64,000 nt of DNA. Source: Gammaproteobacteria bacterium. Its GTDB lineage: Bacteria; Pseudomonadota; Gammaproteobacteria; S012-40. Each line of letters opens with the position of its first letter. Positions within the stretch are counted from its first letter, which is position 1. The stretch covers positions 8,400 through 72,399 of the forward strand of contig WFPC01000050.1 of assembly GCA_015487785.1 (NCBI GenBank), written 5' to 3'. Both the position numbers and the translations under genes were made by a program. The notes below the pieces were generated by a model. That model had not been told where the DNA came from, ran no database searches, and saw nothing but the letters and a program-made list of their open reading frames with translations. This document shows, piece after piece, positions 38,678 to 49,676 of this stretch.

Positions 38678-41014
38678 TCAGTTGGTGAGAAATTTCACAA
38701 AGGCCATGTCGCCGCTTTGGGTGACGATGGTCACGGTGTATTCCATGCCGGCGACAAGATCCGGGGAAGGATTGTAATAGGTTGTGTACTGAAAAGGCAT
38801 CACTTCCGTGTTGGGCCGAGTGTAGTCGCCATATTGCAGGGGCGAGGCGATCACGCTGGTATCGTCCGTCACCTGGATGCCGTAGACCGAGGAATCACAG
38901 TTGCCTATGCAGTTGGCCTGCACCGAAATCTTCGCGGCGTCGCGCCGGTTCCAGGTGAAGGTGGGCCGGGTGGCGGGACCCGAGATCTGGATATCGGCAT
39001 TGGCGATGTCCTCGGCGGTGGGATAGCTGCCACAACCCGGTGTCGGGCCCTGGCAAAGGGTGAAATCGGCGCCGAAGTTCTTCAACTGGGTCACCGTGAT
39101 GCCGCTGGCCGGGCCGTTGCCATAGGCCAGTCCGATATAACCGGTGGTGTTGTTGCGGTTGGTATCGGTGTTGTAGTTGTCGATGCCGTTGTTGCATACG
39201 CCCACGCACAGGCGCTTGCGTACGGTCTTGAGGGTGCCGCTGGCGTCACGCACGGTGGCGCGAATGAAGTAGACTCCGTCGTTGAGATAGGTGTGGCTGA
39301 GTTCCAGGGCGCGGGGTACATCCGGCGGACTGCCGGGCAAGGGGTCGAGCACCAGGCTGCTGGGCGCGGTGGTACCGTCTTCCCAGTTGAAGCGTACCTC
39401 ATAGTCACTGCGCTGCCCGGCAGCGATCAATACGCCTCCCTGGAAATTGAGATTGAGAGTGACCTCTGTGCCGGGGCTGGGTGCCACAGGCACGCCATTG
39501 GGCAGGGTGAGCGGTTGGTCGTCGTTTCCGGTCAGGCCATTGAGGCTGATTTGCAGTGGCGTGCCGAGAAGAGTCACCGGCTGGGTGATTTCTACCACTT
39601 GCTGATTTTGGTCCTCGACCTTGAGTTTGAGGCGGTAGTCGCCCGGTTCGCTGAAGTCGAAGGTCTGGCTGTCACTACCTTCGATGTATTGATCCTGCAA
39701 GGGAGCCATTTGCCAGAAATAGCGATAAGGGGGTGCGCCTCCGCTGATGCTGGCGAGATAGGTACCGCTGATGCTGTCCTGGTTCAGCCTGAGAGAGCAG
39801 GCCGGGTCACGCAGGTCGCTGCGGGTGGGGCAGTCGATGCTGGCGGTCAGCGGGGCCGGTTGGTCGGCCGCATAGGTGACCACCACCGGAAATTCGGCGC
39901 TGGCGCTGAGACCGGTACTGTCGGTGGCGGTGACCTTGACCCGGTATTCACTGCCGCCTTGGCCGTTGCTGGGTTTGTAGCGCTTGGCGGGCAGGGTGAA
40001 ACTGAGGCTGTCGGTGGTGAGGGGGCCGCCGCTGTCGCCATCGCCGTATTCCCAGGTCCAGGTAATGGGTGGCGTGGCCACGTCGGTGACCTCGGCGGTG
40101 AATTCGGCGGCCTGTTGTTCATCACTGAGCAGGGGCTGCAGGGTCAGCAGGTTGGTCTTGAACAGGGCCTGGGGGTCGCTGGGTTGAATGACGGCTATCT
40201 CGGTTCCGGCCAGGTAGCGCAGGCCATCCCTGGGGTTGAGAAAGAACACGGTGACCATCGCACTGCCGCTGTTGATTTCCGCCTTGGCCTGGATCTTGGC
40301 GGTGAGCCCATTACTTTCCAGCAGAGTCACATCGCCGTAGACCTGCCATTCCTCCTGGGCCTGCTCGGGCGTCAGTTTCAGTTGTGCCTGGGGTGTATCG
40401 ACCGGTTCGGCCACGAAGCTGCGCAGGACTCTATAAATGGCGGTTTCCTTGACCACCAGTTCGGGTTTGCCCACCAGGTTGTCGTGAAAGGGCGTTTCGT
40501 CAGGAGTGTTGACCCGCACCAGGGCAAAGGAGCCCAGGCGGGGCAACAGGACACGGAGGCTGTCGCCCTGGATTTCGGGCACCAACAGGATGGCGGCACC
40601 GTTCTGGTCCACGGTGGCCACGTAGAGACGCTCACTGTTGTCGAGTGTATCCGGCAACGGCAATTCGAGGCGGGCGGGAATGGCAAGTTCAGTGCGGTCG
40701 CTTTGCACTATCATGGCATCGCCGATGATTTCTACATTGTCCGGCAGGGTGGGTTGCCAGGGAGTGCTGAGCCGGATGTCGGCGGCCCGCTCCAGGGCCT
40801 CGCGCTTGATGACCAGGGAGCCGCCGTTGTCCAGGCTGTATTGATAGTCGCCCTGAACCGTCTCCTTGGCTGTGAGCGCGCGCTGAGTCTGTGGTGAGGG
40901 CGCGCAGGCGGTCAACAGTAGCAGCATGCTGCCCAGCCACAACGCCTTGAGCAGTGATGCGCCGGTCTTGTCCTTCCACCGGGGGCTGGAATATCTTGCA
41001 TCTGGCAAGGCCAT
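38678..41014 (-). CDS. Large lipoprotein with PKD/Ig-like repeats
   Basis: Lipobox LTAC; PPITWTWEYGDG, GGAPPYRYFW, FNWEDG motifs; Cys-rich C-terminus. Confidence 0.8.
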   Translation of the reverse strand: MALPDARYSSPRWKDKTGASLLKALWLGSMLLLLTACAPSPQTQRALTAKETVQGDYQYSLDNGGSLVIKREALERAADIRLSTPWQPTLPDNVEIIGDAMIVQSDRTELAIPARLELPLPDTLDNSERLYVATVDQNGAAILLVPEIQGDSLRVLLPRLGSFALVRVNTPDETPFHDNLVGKPELVVKETAIYRVLRSFVAEPVDTPQAQLKLTPEQAQEEWQVYGDVTLLESNGLTAKIQAKAEINSGSAMVTVFFLNPRDGLRYLAGTEIAVIQPSDPQALFKTNLLTLQPLLSDEQQAAEFTAEVTDVATPPITWTWEYGDGDSGGPLTTDSLSFTLPAKRYKPSNGQGGSEYRVKVTATDSTGLSASAEFPVVVTYAADQPAPLTASIDCPTRSDLRDPACSLRLNQDSISGTYLASISGGAPPYRYFWQMAPLQDQYIEGSDSQTFDFSEPGDYRLKLKVEDQNQQVVEITQPVTLLGTPLQISLNGLTGNDDQPLTLPNGVPVAPSPGTEVTLNLNFQGGVLIAAGQRSDYEVRFNWEDGTTAPSSLVLDPLPGSPPDVPRALELSHTYLNDGVYFIRATVRDASGTLKTVRKRLCVGVCNNGIDNYNTDTNRNNTTGYIGLAYGNGPASGITVTQLKNFGADFTLCQGPTPGCGSYPTAEDIANADIQISGPATRPTFTWNRRDAAKISVQANCIGNCDSSVYGIQVTDDTSVIASPLQYGDYTRPNTEVMPFQYTTYYNPSPDLVAGMEYTVTIVTQSGDMAFVKFLTN

Positions 41015-41071
41015 GAGACAGCTACTACCTCGATTCGGCCAGCACGGCCGGAGTCTATTCTCTATCCTTGG

Positions 41072-41566
41072 TCATCGTTGCGCTGGTGGTGTTTCTGAAG
41101 CCTTGATTTTGCCGTCGACAACCGGATATACCACCAGGATATCGCCTTCCACACCCACCACGCGCACCTTGGCCCCGGCTCTGAGATTGGGACCCTTGAG
41201 CTCCCAGCAGATGCCATCGAGTTCCAGCTCGCTGAAACCGTTCTGCAAGGGCTGGGTCAGCACCAGGTCGCGGCCGATGTATTCCCTCGCCTTCTGGCGG
41301 GTGCTGCGAGCCGCGTTGCTGGACTTGCGCAGCAGCATGTACCAGGCACCGGAAAACACCGTGCTCAGTGCAGCGAAAATGGCCAGTTGCGGCTTCCAGT
41401 GCAGCTCCGGGAAGGCCAGGAACAAGGCCCCGGTTATCGCCGAGGCGAGGGCCATGCCACCGAAGATGCCCACTGGCGACAAGGCTTCCAGCACCACCAG
41501 TATCAGGGCTATGGCCCACCAGTGCCAGAACTCCAATTCGAAGAACTGTATCCCTGCTAAATCCAT
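41072..41566 (-). CDS. NfeD family membrane protein
   Basis: WHWW..LVVLE, TM helices, C-terminal OB fold (G.KVRVVGVEG.ILVV). Confidence 0.85.
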   Translation of the reverse strand: MDLAGIQFFELEFWHWWAIALILVVLEALSPVGIFGGMALASAITGALFLAFPELHWKPQLAIFAALSTVFSGAWYMLLRKSSNAARSTRQKAREYIGRDLVLTQPLQNGFSELELDGICWELKGPNLRAGAKVRVVGVEGDILVVYPVVDGKIKASETPPAQR

Positions 41567-41758
41567 GATTTCCTGCCTAGACTATCGCCATGCCTTGGCG
41601 CGGGACGTTACCAGTTCTGTTTTTCGCTTGCAAGCACGTGGTCTTGCTGTCACTCCTAAGGGTGTCTTCCGATCTCGATCCAGCATAATTCTGCTGGCTT
41701 AATCTGGGCTTAACTGGTATTAGCTGTAATGCACCACAGGTAACAAACCACACAAATA

Positions 41759-43048
41759 ATGCCTGAGAATTCCCCTGTTGTCGATGAGGTCCGGGTGCTC
41801 GCCCAGGAGCGGCTGAACCTCTGCTATCACCATCTCTATCGTGCCCATTTCGGCATTTTGGCACCCTGGCTGGTGTTGTGGCTGGTCTATGGAAAGACCG
41901 CATGGCAACCCTGGTTCGACCTGTGGAGTAGTTTGTTCGTCCTCTATGTCATGGCCAGTTTCCTGCTGTTGCGGGCCTATGTGAGAGGCGTCGCTACGCG
42001 CGCCGATGTGATGGTATGGCAGCGCAGGCTGTTGATACACAATTTGATACTGGGTTTTGCATGGGGGTTGATTCCCTGGCTGGTGAAGTTGGAGGACATG
42101 GAGCAGATAGCCCTGTTGAGCCTGCTGGTGGCCGGGCCCTGGTTCGGAGCCGCTTTTCTCACGGCATCGTGTCCTCGGGTGTTTCTGTTCTGGAGCCTGC
42201 CACAACTGATCTTGTTCGAAATGGCGCTGGCTTCGCAGCCACGTGCGGTTTTCAGTCTGGCCCTGATGCCGGTGGCCTATCTGGCCTGCCTGGTGTTGTT
42301 GTTCAACGGCCATCGTCTCATCGACAGGATGATTCGACTGCGCTTCGACAACCTGGAATTGGTTTCCCGGGCCCAGGCCGCCTATGAGGAAAAGTCGCGT
42401 TTTCTCACGGCCATCAGCCATGATCTGAGGCAACCCCTGCAGGCCATGAAGCTCTACCACGCCACGCTGCGACGGCAACTGGAGGAAGAGCAGCAATTGG
42501 CCTTGCTGGACAAGGCGGACAGGGCGGTGCGGGAAATGGACCACTTGCTGCACAGTCTGCTGGAAAAGGCCCGCCTGGAAACCCGGGGGATCCCCGTGCG
42601 TAAACGTAAGCTGAAACTGAAGCCCTTTTTGTTGGAACTGGCGGAGCCATTCCGTACCCAGGCGCGCCAGCGCGGCCTGGAGTTGCGCATTCGTCTCCTG
42701 GATGTCGAGGTAGAGACCGATCCGGTATTGCTGGGGCGCGTGTTGCGCAATCTGCTGAGCAATGCCCTGCGTTATACCCCGCGGGGCGGGGTGTTGCTGG
42801 CCTGTCGGCGGCGGGGCGACCGGGTTCAGGTGAGTGTCTATGATACCGGTGAGGGTATTTCGGCAGCCGACGAGGCGAGGCTGTTCGAGGAATTCACCCG
42901 CCTGGGCAGTTCCAGCGGCACAGATGGCCATGGGCTGGGGCTGGCCATCACCCATGGGCTGTGCCAGTTGCTGCAGCATCCTCTGCACTGTGTCAGCCGG
43001 CCTGGGAGAGGCACGGTGTTCAGCCTGAGTCTGCCATGCGCAAGGTGA
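41759..43048 (+). CDS. Membrane sensor histidine kinase
   Basis: Multi-TM N-terminus, SHDLRQPLQA, NALRYT, GLGLAI. Confidence 0.92.
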   Translation: MPENSPVVDEVRVLAQERLNLCYHHLYRAHFGILAPWLVLWLVYGKTAWQPWFDLWSSLFVLYVMASFLLLRAYVRGVATRADVMVWQRRLLIHNLILGFAWGLIPWLVKLEDMEQIALLSLLVAGPWFGAAFLTASCPRVFLFWSLPQLILFEMALASQPRAVFSLALMPVAYLACLVLLFNGHRLIDRMIRLRFDNLELVSRAQAAYEEKSRFLTAISHDLRQPLQAMKLYHATLRRQLEEEQQLALLDKADRAVREMDHLLHSLLEKARLETRGIPVRKRKLKLKPFLLELAEPFRTQARQRGLELRIRLLDVEVETDPVLLGRVLRNLLSNALRYTPRGGVLLACRRRGDRVQVSVYDTGEGISAADEARLFEEFTRLGSSSGTDGHGLGLAITHGLCQLLQHPLHCVSRPGRGTVFSLSLPCAR

Positions 43049-43049
43049 A

Positions 43050-43646
43050 TTATTCCATTCCCAGTATCCGCCGTGCCCGCAGGCTGGCCTGGGTACGGTT
43101 GTTGACGCCCAGTTTGCTGTAGATTTCGTTCAGGTATTGTTTCACCGTGCCTTCGCTCAGGGCCAGCTCCTGGGCGATTTCGCGGTTGCTCAAGCCCTGG
43201 GAAAGCGCCTGGAGAATGCTGCACTGGCGGGGCGACAGGGTTTCCATGTGGGCGGGGGTGTTGCTGGGAAAAAACTGCCGTCCGGCAAGCAAGCGTTCGA
43301 TGGCTTTCAGAATGTGTTCGGCCTCGGCGCTCTTGGGCACAAAGCCGGCCGCCCCGGCATGGCGGCAAGCCTGTATGGAGTCGGCCTCATCGAGACCGGA
43401 GACTACCAGTACAGGAATCCCGTGGGCCAGCGCGCATAGCCTGGCGAGGCCTTGGGTGCCGTTCATGCCCGGCATCAGCAGATCGGTGATGATGAGGTCC
43501 AGTTCCATTGCCCCATTGCCGAGCAGTTCGCGCAGATCGGCGTAGTTGCGCACGGTCGAGACCTGGAAATGCGCGTTGTGTTGTTCCAGCCAGAGCCGCA
43601 TGCTCTCCAGAAACAGGCCGTGGTCATCGGCGAGAACGATATTCAA
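43050..43646 (-). CDS. NarL/LuxR family response regulator
   Basis: LADDH, DLLMPG, LSPRQ..GLSNREIA HTH. Confidence 0.93.
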   Translation of the reverse strand: MNIVLADDHGLFLESMRLWLEQHNAHFQVSTVRNYADLRELLGNGAMELDLIITDLLMPGMNGTQGLARLCALAHGIPVLVVSGLDEADSIQACRHAGAAGFVPKSAEAEHILKAIERLLAGRQFFPSNTPAHMETLSPRQCSILQALSQGLSNREIAQELALSEGTVKQYLNEIYSKLGVNNRTQASLRARRILGME

Positions 43647-43888
43647 GGATAGGCTCCTGAGGGGTTGAATTGTTCATTTGTATCAGGGGACCCGGCGTCT
43701 CATGTTCAACTTGGGCAGGGTGTTGAAACCTCTTCCAGCCCTTCGGTGTCATTGCAGTCGATGGGCCAACATTGCCATAGTCGATACATCCTTTAATCGA
43801 AACAATAACTAACTTAAGTTAGTAGTGGAGTCAAAGGTCAAGATATACACTCATTCCTTGATTAAACTAAGGAAATGGGTGGTTGTTC

Positions 43889-45631
43889 ATGACCAGGAAA
43901 CATGTATCCTTGTTGCCTCTTCAGTTCTCCGTGGGCCTGGTTGTCTGCCTGCTGGGGGGCTATGTCCAGGCGACTCCCTTGTTATACGACCCCGGTCCGC
44001 TCAACTTTAGTACCCGTGACCAGAGCCTTTGGGGCAGTGGTGGCGGGGTAGCCCCGGTGGAAAAACGCTATTCCCGGAAATGGTCGTCCTCCTCCTCGCT
44101 GGGAGGCATCGCCGGTGAAGCGAGCACGGCGGTGACGGTGGAAGACTGGCACCCAGGCTATGCTGAAGATCACGGCTATACCGAGTGGCACAAAACCCAC
44201 TGCCACTCAGTTTGGTGTCTGGGGATCGATCCGCATACCCCCTATCCGGAATGGCATCCCAAGCTGGACTGGCACCCCGGCTATTCCGAAAAACATACCC
44301 TGTTCACCGTGGACACGCGCACGGGAACGGAGGCGCGTTTTTCCAGCAGTGGTGAAGTGGGCGTCACCAGCAGCCTGGGCTTCAATGGTGGCACGGTGGA
44401 TGCCAACCTGGTCTTCGATGCCCGGCTCAATATCCCCGATGAGCCGGTGGATCCCGGTGACTTTTTCTCACTCAGTCCTTACGCCGATCTCACCGAAGGC
44501 AGCTTTTCCACCAAGTTCCCCACCCTTACCGGCGAGGTGACGGCCAGTCTGGAAGCCGACGTGGCGATCGATGTGGAGGCCTGTATTCTCGGTGCGGGTT
44601 GCACCACCGACAGTAGCAGCCTGATGGATGTGGGGCCTTTGAACCTGGACATCCTCGAGATCAATACTCCGGGGCTGTCAGACAAGATCTCCTTGTTCGG
44701 GCTGGACGACCTTGCTTTCGATATCACCCGCCAGACCACCTGGGTGGATTTCATCGTACCGCCCGGGGCACCCAGTATTACCTTGCCGGGCGCTCCCCGC
44801 CCCAGTCTCGGTGTGGGGATGAACCTGGGCAATCTCACCCTGGACTATCCCGATCTGGCGGTGTCGGGTAGTTTGCAGGCGGATGATCTGGTGGTGGGCA
44901 GTGGCCAGTTCGACGACCTTTTACGGCTCAACTTCGATCTCGATGCTGCCGCGGTGGCGGCGGGGAGTATGCCAGCCTTGGGGGCGGTGGCCGTGGTGGG
45001 GCCACTGGAGTTTCGCGGCGATATCATGGACGTGGATATTGGGCCCACCCTGGATCTCAGCCAGAGCTTCGTGATGGACCCCGAACTCATGGTGACGCTC
45101 GATTTCAGCCAACCGGTATGGCAGGATCTCGGTGCCGGCCTGCGCCAGCAGGTGACGAGCTGGTCGGGCCCGCTCGCGGATCTGCCTCGCTTTGCGCTCA
45201 TCAATGCTGGTGATCAGGTCGAGGTGAGGCCGGAGTTCTGGGTCGATGCCCGCTTTGGCAATCGTACCAGCTTGAACTTCGATCTGACATTTTCCCTGGA
45301 TGTGCTCAAGGGGCAGGTGGGCCTGAGTGTGCTGAGCACGCCTACTTTCAGCCTGGTCGATATCGACGAGCCCATACCCCTGGGCCCGGTGGACGTGTTC
45401 GACAGCAGTTTTGTGCTGGACGGTTTTTCCCGCATCAGCGGTACGCCCTTCTTGCTCAGCGCTGCCGCTGCCACCGTCCCGCAAGGCCCCGGTCTCTATA
45501 CGGCATCCTTTCATCAGGCTCCTCCGGCCGGTGTGCCGACGCCGGGCGTTTTGGCCCTGATGCTGGTGGGTCTGCTGGGCTTGATCCCCGGGCGTGTGCG
45601 CTGGCGGTGGGCCGGTGGCCCTACAGACTGA
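43889..45631 (+). CDS. Exported protein with PEP-CTERM-like sorting signal
   Basis: Signal peptide; tail VPTPGVLALMLVGLLGL..R.R.R. Confidence 0.8.
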   Translation: MTRKHVSLLPLQFSVGLVVCLLGGYVQATPLLYDPGPLNFSTRDQSLWGSGGGVAPVEKRYSRKWSSSSSLGGIAGEASTAVTVEDWHPGYAEDHGYTEWHKTHCHSVWCLGIDPHTPYPEWHPKLDWHPGYSEKHTLFTVDTRTGTEARFSSSGEVGVTSSLGFNGGTVDANLVFDARLNIPDEPVDPGDFFSLSPYADLTEGSFSTKFPTLTGEVTASLEADVAIDVEACILGAGCTTDSSSLMDVGPLNLDILEINTPGLSDKISLFGLDDLAFDITRQTTWVDFIVPPGAPSITLPGAPRPSLGVGMNLGNLTLDYPDLAVSGSLQADDLVVGSGQFDDLLRLNFDLDAAAVAAGSMPALGAVAVVGPLEFRGDIMDVDIGPTLDLSQSFVMDPELMVTLDFSQPVWQDLGAGLRQQVTSWSGPLADLPRFALINAGDQVEVRPEFWVDARFGNRTSLNFDLTFSLDVLKGQVGLSVLSTPTFSLVDIDEPIPLGPVDVFDSSFVLDGFSRISGTPFLLSAAAATVPQGPGLYTASFHQAPPAGVPTPGVLALMLVGLLGLIPGRVRWRWAGGPTD

Positions 45632-45658
45632 AACAGGCGCTGATTGTCTGCTCCTTTG

Positions 45659-45685
45659 ATCCCCGCTGCGGTGGGGATTTTTTTT
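45659..45685 (+). terminator. Intrinsic terminator
   Basis: ATCCCCGC/GTGGGGAT stem plus T-run. Confidence 0.75.
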
Positions 45686-45841
45686 GGTGGAAATCGCCTT
45701 GATTTACAGCGGCTTGTATTTGAAGGTGCCTGTGAATTGAATTATTTAAGTCCGAGTGCTTCAGTCGTAATTTTTTGTATTGACGTATCCCCTTGATGAT
45801 GTTGATAAAGTTCGTATCGCAGAGCAACTTGCAGGCGAGAC

Positions 45842-45868
45842 TAAAGTATTACCCCACAAGGACGAGAT
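45842..45868 (+). promoter_or_regulatory. Possible sigma28 promoter for MCP genes
   Basis: TAAA-N15-GACGAGAT upstream of a chemoreceptor. Confidence 0.35.
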
Positions 45869-45963
45869 AATTTCTACAGGTCGCGCTGTCGTCGGGTGAG
45901 CCTCACACTTCGATCACAGGATACGGTAACCGTTACGGGGTTGGGAATGACAGGGAGACAGCC

Positions 45964-47634
45964 ATGAAAATCAGTCAGAAACTGAATCTCACGCAATTGA
46001 TCAATACCGCCATGATGATTGCCATGGTGGCGTGGGTGATACCGAAGCTGGTGGGCATCGGCGGGGAAATCGAGGACGTGGTGGAACAGGATCTTCCCTT
46101 GTCCGAGTCCCTGGCGGAAATCACCGTGAATCAATTGAAGCAATCCGTGCTGCTGGAGAAGAGCCTGCGGGCGGCGGAGGTCGCCCCGCGACAGACAGGT
46201 GCCGAGGCGGCCAAAACCTTGTACGAGCAGGTTCGCCAACTGGGCGGCCAGGTGGAGGAAACCCTGCGACGCGCCGAGGGCCTGGCCGAGCGGGGCATGA
46301 ACACAGCCCACAACGCACAAACGCGTCAAGAGCTCGAAAAGGTATTGAGCCGCCTGCAAGCCATCGAACAGCAGTATCTGGCCTATGAAGAGCACATGCA
46401 GCAGGCCTTTGCGGCCATAGAGGCGGGTGACATGGCAATGGCCGAGCGCCTGGCGGGCGGGGTCGAACAGGAATCGAGTCGTCTGGAACAGGAACTGGAT
46501 GCCCTGTTACAGGAAATCGAGGGGTTTACCGGTGCGGCCATGGCCACGGTGGCGGCGGACGAGCACACTGCCATCGTGGGCATGATCGCCATCGCCGCGG
46601 TGAGCATCGCCACGGGTCTGGGGTTGGGACTGTGGATAGGCTTCGGCATCAAGCGCGCCATCAGCCGCAGCAATGCCACCCTGCAGCAGATCGCACGGGA
46701 CAAGGATCTGAGCCTGCGGCTGGAAGAGAGCAAGGATGAGCTGGGTCAAATGGGCGCCAATTTCAATGGCATGATGGAGACCATGCAGGGCACCCTGCAC
46801 CAGGTAGCCTCGGCTTCGGTGCAATTGGCCTCGGCGGCAGAGGAATTGTCGGCTGTGACCACCCAGGCGCGTACGGCGGTGACCTGCCAGAAGGACGAGA
46901 CCGATCAGGTGGCCACGGCCATGAACGAGATGGCGGCGGCCATGCACGAAATGGCGCAGAACAGCAGCGAGGCCGCCAAGGCGGTGCGCGCCGCCGAGGA
47001 GGAAACCGGCAAGGGGCACCAGGTGGTGAGCGAGGCCATTGCGTCCATTCAGTCCCTGGCCGGCGAGATCGACAACGCGTCCCAGGTGATCGAACGCCTG
47101 GCCGCCGACAGCCAGGATATTGGCTCGGTGCTGGACGTGATCAAGGGCATTGCAGAACAGACCAACTTGTTGGCGCTCAATGCGGCCATAGAAGCGGCCC
47201 GCGCCGGTGAACAGGGGCGGGGATTCGCGGTGGTGGCTGACGAAGTGCGCACCTTGGCCAGCCGCACCCAGGAGTCCACCGATGAAATCCAGCAGACCAT
47301 CGAGAAGCTGCAGGCCCGTGCGCGCGAGGCGGTGAGCGCCATGCAGGCCGGCAGTGAACGTGCCAATGGCAGCCTCGGCCAGGTGGAAGAGGGCAATGCC
47401 TCGCTCAATCGCATCGTGACTTCGGTGTCCACCATCACCGACATGATCAACCAGATCGCCAGTGCCACCGATGAGCAGAGCATGGTTTCGGAGGAGATCA
47501 ACCGCAGCATCGTGGCCATCCGCGATGTTTCCAGTGAAGTGAGCGACGGCGCCGCACAGACCGAGGTGGCCAGCAACGAGATCGCCAAACTGGCGGTGGA
47601 TCTAAAGACGGCGGTGAATCAGTTCAAAGTGTGA
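45964..47634 (+). CDS. Methyl-accepting chemotaxis protein
   Basis: 2 [37 protein letters not shown]. Confidence 0.96.
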   Translation: MKISQKLNLTQLINTAMMIAMVAWVIPKLVGIGGEIEDVVEQDLPLSESLAEITVNQLKQSVLLEKSLRAAEVAPRQTGAEAAKTLYEQVRQLGGQVEETLRRAEGLAERGMNTAHNAQTRQELEKVLSRLQAIEQQYLAYEEHMQQAFAAIEAGDMAMAERLAGGVEQESSRLEQELDALLQEIEGFTGAAMATVAADEHTAIVGMIAIAAVSIATGLGLGLWIGFGIKRAISRSNATLQQIARDKDLSLRLEESKDELGQMGANFNGMMETMQGTLHQVASASVQLASAAEELSAVTTQARTAVTCQKDETDQVATAMNEMAAAMHEMAQNSSEAAKAVRAAEEETGKGHQVVSEAIASIQSLAGEIDNASQVIERLAADSQDIGSVLDVIKGIAEQTNLLALNAAIEAARAGEQGRGFAVVADEVRTLASRTQESTDEIQQTIEKLQARAREAVSAMQAGSERANGSLGQVEEGNASLNRIVTSVSTITDMINQIASATDEQSMVSEEINRSIVAIRDVSSEVSDGAAQTEVASNEIAKLAVDLKTAVNQFKV

Positions 47635-47739
47635 GCAAGAAGAATCCGGTTTTCGGGTTCAGGAAGAGCACTGCCTGGCCGCTAATGAAATGAGGGCCGC
47701 TTTCCGGCCACGTAGCACGTAGATGGAAAAAGAAATTCG

Positions 47740-49323
47740 ATGAAAATAAATCTTCCGGTAACAGATCGGGAACACGTTATACCCGATGATGCCAATATTC
47801 TTTCAACCACCAATGTCAAGGGAGCAATAACCTACGTCAATGATGAGTTTGTCGAGATCAGCGGCTTTGAGCGCGAGGAACTCATCGGCAAGAATCACAA
47901 TATCGTGCGCCATCCGGACATGCCGCCGGAGGCCTTTGCCGATCTGTGGCAAACCATCAAGTCGGGCCGCTCCTGGATGGGCATCGTCAAGAACCGCTGC
48001 AAGAACGGTGACTATTACTGGGTCAAGGCCTATGTGACTCCGATCTACAAGGACGGGAAAATCTGCGAATACCAGTCGGTGCGCACCAAGCCCGGCGCGG
48101 ACGAGGTGCGCCGGGCGGAGAAGCTCTATGCCCGGCTGCGCGCCGGCAAGACGCCACGCTGGCTCAAGCGTCCGACCATGGCCTTCAGGCACAAGTTGAT
48201 CATTACTTTTCTGCTGCTGCAGGCCAGCGTGCTGGCTTTGCCACTGGCCAGTGGGAGCATCTCGCCCCTGCAGGCCCTGCTCAGCCTGCTGCCGGGGTTG
48301 TTTATCGCGGCGGCTTTTCTCTACCGGGAGATGCGCCCTCTGTGCCAGAGTTTCGCACGTGCACGGGAGATTTTTTACAACCCGTTGGCAGCCCATGTAT
48401 TCGCCGGCCGGGTGGACGAGCCGGGTCAACTGGCCATGGCCATGAAATATCTGGAGACGGAATCTGTGGGTATCGTCGGCCGGGTGAGTGATTTCTCGCA
48501 CCAAGTTGCCCGTGAGGCAGGCAGCTTGCAGGAAATCATCGAGATGAACAAGCTCAGTATCGATACACAATATGTGGAAACCGGGCATGCGGTGGGTGCC
48601 ATGGATCAATTGGTGCACAACATCCAGCAGGTGGCCGACAACACCCAGGTGGCGGCGGAGAACACCTTGCGGGCCAAGGGGGAGACCGCGCACAGCAGGC
48701 AGGTGGTGGAGGAAACCCTGGAAGCCATTCATCGCCTGGCTGACGACGTGAAACAGGCCGGCGAGGTGGTGCAGGAACTGGGGCAGGACAGCGAACAGAT
48801 CAGCACCGTGGTGGATGTGATCGGCGAGATTGCCGAAAAGACCAATCTGCTGGCGCTCAACGCGGCCATCGAGGCGGCCCGCGCCGGTGAGCAGGGGCGG
48901 GGATTCGCGGTGGTGGCCGACGAGGTACGCAGCCTGGCCATGCGCACCCAGGAGTCCACCCAGCAGATCCAGCAGATGATCGAGCGCTTGCAGTCCACCA
49001 CCGGCCGGGTGGTGGAGGTCATGGACAGGAGTCTGGAAAAGACCGATCACAGCGTGGCGCTGGCTGAGGCGGCGGTGGCATCCCTGGAGGTGATAGGCCA
49101 GTCGGTGGCCACCATCAACGAGATGACGGCACAGATCTCGGCCGCCGTGGGTGAACAGAATACGGCCACCCAGGAGAGCAGGCAGAGCCTGACCAATATC
49201 CAGCAGTCTTCAGAGGTGAGCCTGTATGGTATTCAGCAGAGTCAGAAGACCAGTGAAGCCATGACACTCCAGGCCAGGAGTATGGGTGAGTTGACCCGCC
49301 AATTCTGGTTGAAACGGCGCTGA
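47740..49323 (+). CDS. aer: Aer-like PAS-domain chemoreceptor
   Basis: [34 protein letters not shown] domain. Confidence 0.9.
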   Translation: MKINLPVTDREHVIPDDANILSTTNVKGAITYVNDEFVEISGFEREELIGKNHNIVRHPDMPPEAFADLWQTIKSGRSWMGIVKNRCKNGDYYWVKAYVTPIYKDGKICEYQSVRTKPGADEVRRAEKLYARLRAGKTPRWLKRPTMAFRHKLIITFLLLQASVLALPLASGSISPLQALLSLLPGLFIAAAFLYREMRPLCQSFARAREIFYNPLAAHVFAGRVDEPGQLAMAMKYLETESVGIVGRVSDFSHQVAREAGSLQEIIEMNKLSIDTQYVETGHAVGAMDQLVHNIQQVADNTQVAAENTLRAKGETAHSRQVVEETLEAIHRLADDVKQAGEVVQELGQDSEQISTVVDVIGEIAEKTNLLALNAAIEAARAGEQGRGFAVVADEVRSLAMRTQESTQQIQQMIERLQSTTGRVVEVMDRSLEKTDHSVALAEAAVASLEVIGQSVATINEMTAQISAAVGEQNTATQESRQSLTNIQQSSEVSLYGIQQSQKTSEAMTLQARSMGELTRQFWLKRR

Positions 49324-49335
49324 GTTCACACAACG

Positions 49336-49363
49336 AAAAACCCCGCTCGGTCGAGCGGGGTTT
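49336..49363. terminator. Bidirectional terminator
   Basis: AAAAACCCCGCTCG/CGAGCGGGGTTT between convergent units. Confidence 0.8.
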
Positions 49364-49378
49364 CTGTTTCTAGAAGAG

Positions 49379-49454
49379 TGGCGTCCCCAAGGGGATTCGA
49401 ACCCCTGTTACCGCCGTGAAAGGGCGGTGTCCTAGGCCTCTAGACGATGGGGAC
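49379..49454 (-). tRNA. tRNA-Glu (TTC)
   Basis: Reverse complement GTCCCCATCGTCTAGAGG...CT-TTC-AC...GGGGACGCCA. Confidence 0.97.
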
Positions 49455-49477
49455 GCAAAACCTGCGAACCTGTGTTC

Positions 49478-49553
49478 TGGTGGAGCTAGGCGGGATCGAA
49501 CCGCCGACCTCTACACTGCCAGTGTAGCGCTCTCCCAGCTGAGCTATAGCCCC
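49478..49553 (-). tRNA. tRNA-Ala (GGC)
   Basis: Reverse complement GGGGCTATAGCTCAG...CT-GGC-AG...AGCTCCACCA. Confidence 0.97.
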
Positions 49554-49567
49554 TGAATGAGCCGCGT

Positions 49568-49596
49568 ATTCTACGGAGCCGGTCCGGGAGCGTCAA
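49568..49596 (-). promoter_or_regulatory. Sigma70 promoter of tRNA Ala-Glu
   Basis: TTGACG-N17-TAGAAT on the minus strand. Confidence 0.75.
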
Positions 49597-49676
49597 GCGG
49601 AAATTCAAAAAAACCGGTCTTTTTCGCGAATTGGCTCCCCCCCCGCCCAGGGTATTGGTTTTGTTGCACATTTCAT

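Noticed and set aside
47150-48980. High DNA similarity between the two MCP genes
   Set aside because: It is confined to the universally conserved signalling hairpin.
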